This document shows, in pieces, positions 61,496-64,000 of a stretch of 64,000 nt of DNA. Under the pieces are notes generated by a model that searched no databases, was not told where the DNA came from, and saw only the letters and a list, made by a program, of their open reading frames with translations. Both the position numbers and the translations under genes were made by a program. Origin of the DNA: Stylophora pistillata (lineage: Eukaryota); the NCBI RefSeq assembly GCF_002571385.2, contig NW_019217831.1, positions 876,215-940,214 on the forward strand. Direction: 5' to 3'. Each line of letters starts with the position of its first letter. Within the stretch, counting starts at the first letter, position 1.

Positions 61496-64000
61496 GTAAT
61501 AATAATAATAAATATTAATAATAATATTTAACGAGGGAGCCCAACTTTTGCAAATTTTGCTTAGAGAAGGAGAAACAGCACGAATAAGTGGGAAAGTCAA
61601 TCAAAGAAGTGGAGGTGCGGTGGCCTCATGGTTAGTGCGCTCAACTCTGGATCGAGTGGTCCGGGTTCGTTCCAGGCCAGGACATTATGTTGTGTTCTTA
61701 GGCAAGACACTACTTTACTCTCACAATGCCTCTCTTCATCCAGGTGTATAAATGGGTACCGGCAATTTAATGCTGGGGGTAACCCTGCGATGGAATGGCA
61801 TCCGTTCCAGGGGGGAGTAGAAATACTCCTAGTTGCTTCATGCTACAGAAACTGGAGTTAAGCACCGGCCTAATGGGCCACTAGGCTCATAAACAGACTT
61901 TACCTTTACCTTCAATCAAAGAAGGCAGTTTTTTAATTTTCAGTTGTCAAAGAGTGTTAATCTAGAGATCCAAACCCTGCTAGAAATAATCTGAGTCTAG
62001 TGCTACTCCTTGACAAACAATTTTGCATATTTTCTGCAGCACCTTTCGTCTTTTACCCTCAAGACCCCACAGGAAGCTCAAGTGCCAGCTAAAGAGAGAC
62101 TTCAGCAAACAAAGGTATGTTTATGGTTTGTTTAGCTTAAATTGTTTTTCCAGTTTCCAAGGAAATCAAGAAAATAACTTCATAAGTACATGTAAGTGCT
62201 TAACATTATAAGAAAAAGAAGACTTAAAGATTTATTGATAATTCCTTGCATAAATTGAATTAATTATGCAATCTAGCTAAAAGAACTTGATGTGATCTTG
62301 AGATATCTCTGGGGGTTTTTTAGCAAAGCTGTTAAAATGATGTCCTTGTTCATACAGGAATTGCTAGCAAAAGGCAACCAGTGGACAAAAGAAATGGAGA
62401 TGAGATTGACAGACACTGACGTGGTGCTTTTGGATGGAGAGACACAGGTGAAGATGCAAATCTTTATTTCCTTTTTTTGAGTTGTTATACCTCTGAAGCA
62501 GCTACTGAGAATTCTGCAATCAAGGATAGTGCTCTTCATCCAGTTAAATTTGAGTAGAAAAATGGAATCTGTATTTTGTAAATGATGTGCCACAAATATT
62601 TTTCATATCTCTTCACTCCACTATTTCAACTAGAATTGTACATTTTGTACTTGTGGTGGTGGCTAATGTGTAGAACAGGGTTAGGTACTGAACCTTGCTT
62701 GGGAGAATCTCTTTTGAAATAAATGCTTTTCTTCTTTCACACAGGATGTGGTGGAAGTGTTTTCATTGACCACTGTAGGCCATGTACATCATTTTACTGA
62801 TGACCCTGATCTGAATAGTGTGTTGGTATTCAACACTCTGCAGACAGAGAATAAATTTGCTGCTATGCATCTGTTTCAGTCAGACAGGGTTCCGGTATGT
62901 AATTTTATTAGTTATTTTATTTATGTATTATTCGCAATATTTAGATAGGCTGACCCAGTTCAGCTTTACAGCTGGTTTAAATGGAGGCCTGTATATAGAG
63001 AATAACAAGGCCTGAGATTACAACACCTAGAGTTACGTTCCCTACTCTTAACAAGACATGCAGGGGTTCTTTACGTCCCCTGCTAACCAGTACAGAGAAA
63101 ATGCACAAGAAGAGGCCTACGGATTAAAGTCAGTGGTAAAGTCGGTAATTGAGTTATTTGACATCATTAGTCTATATTACATGAAAGTTCTCTGTAGCTT
63201 ATTATTTTTTTCCGTCTTGATAGGCTGCTGTTGTTGCAACTGAAATTATGAAAGCATCAAGTAGCAAAGCCGTGAGTTGTCTTTTTTCTTTTGTTCTAAT
63301 CAATATGTAATCAAGGGAAAGTGTATGAAACTTTAAAGTTCTGTCCGTTGAGAATATTTTTAAGGAAAATTGACTTGAAGATTTCCCAAACTTGTAAAAT
63401 CTTAAAAGCTCCAGTTGGGCACTGTTTTTGTGGTATTCAGGACAGCCTTAAAATCTCAGACATTCTGGTTCTGTTTTCAAAGTTAGTCATCATTATATTT
63501 CCCTGTTAGTGAGTGATGTTTTAATGTTTGAATGAGACATTTTAAATCTCTCTGGTAACTGTGTGTAGGTGCTTAAATCATCTTCTCTCGGCTGTGAAAT
63601 TAACTACGAACAGTCCCTCCTTTTCACAGAGTTAGGCGTACGAAACCTGTAAATTACGAACAGTCGCTACTTTTTTGCGCCTCACTCTCGCAGTCCCGCG
63701 CGGTGCGCTAACATCAATATTTTTTTAAGCTGATTTTTTTTTTTACTCGCGCTACGGACTTTGCCGAAAAAGAGGAACTTACACAAATTATGAGATATCT
63801 CTACAATTTCTGTTCAATAAACCATGCTCAAACTGTAAATTCTCACAATTTAAGCCAGAGAACGTTGAAACTACGTCTTTCACAAGTCAAAGTAGTTTTT
63901 TTTTTTTGTAAATCTATTGTATATCATAAATTTAATTATAAATAACAGGAATAACTTATTTTGCAGGCAATGCCAAACAAATTTGCAGCAAAAGGAGGTG
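60724..64000 (+). CDS. EPS8: EPS8-family protein, PTB-domain exons (gene probably begins near 53870 and runs off the window)
   Basis: Exons 60724-60784, 61337-61398, 62040-62114, 62358-62447, 62746-62895, 63224-63271 and 63967- splice to NFLLE|HLSSFTL...|ELLAKGNQWTKEMEMRLTDTDVVLLDGETQ|DVVEVFSL...NSVLVF...MHLFQSDRVP|AAVVATEI. This matches the EPS8 PTB (VEHLTTF...AKGKVWTQDM...LHLFQCD). Confidence 0.8.
61610..61912 (+). mobile_element. tRNA-derived SINE, family A (near full length)
   Basis: ggaggtgcggtggcctcatggttagtgcgctc...ccgggttcg head, conserved body and (tttacc)n tail. Confidence 0.85.

Noticed and set aside
59290-61700. tRNA-like sequences at 59290 and 61610
   Set aside because: These are SINE heads followed by SINE bodies; there is no complete cloverleaf.

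Overview
Eukaryotic, intron-rich, AT-rich genomic DNA, most likely from a stony coral (GFP-like exons, cnidarian-type SINE/MITE/Crypton families). It is a draft assembly with single-N joins and one long N gap. The left ~22 kb is an accessory region. It holds two degenerate paralogs of a TPR-CHAT (caspase-like, TTC28-type) gene. Between them lie a decayed Maverick/Polinton (adintovirus-like) endogenous virus (integrase, packaging ATPase, internally deleted pPolB, minor capsid, membrane protein with late-domain-like motifs) and two exons of a GFP-like fluorescent protein gene whose middle exons are missing. The right ~42 kb carries multi-exon conserved genes: GCAT (-), BET1 (+, in-frame stop in the TM anchor), a PRR19-like meiotic gene (+), B4GAT1 (-) and the 5' part of an EPS8-family gene (+). 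The last GCAT intron contains an intronless ARPC4 retrocopy joined head-to-head to a 5'-truncated CRE-type non-LTR retrotransposon. Exon coordinates were read by eye and family assignments come from recalled motifs, not database searches.
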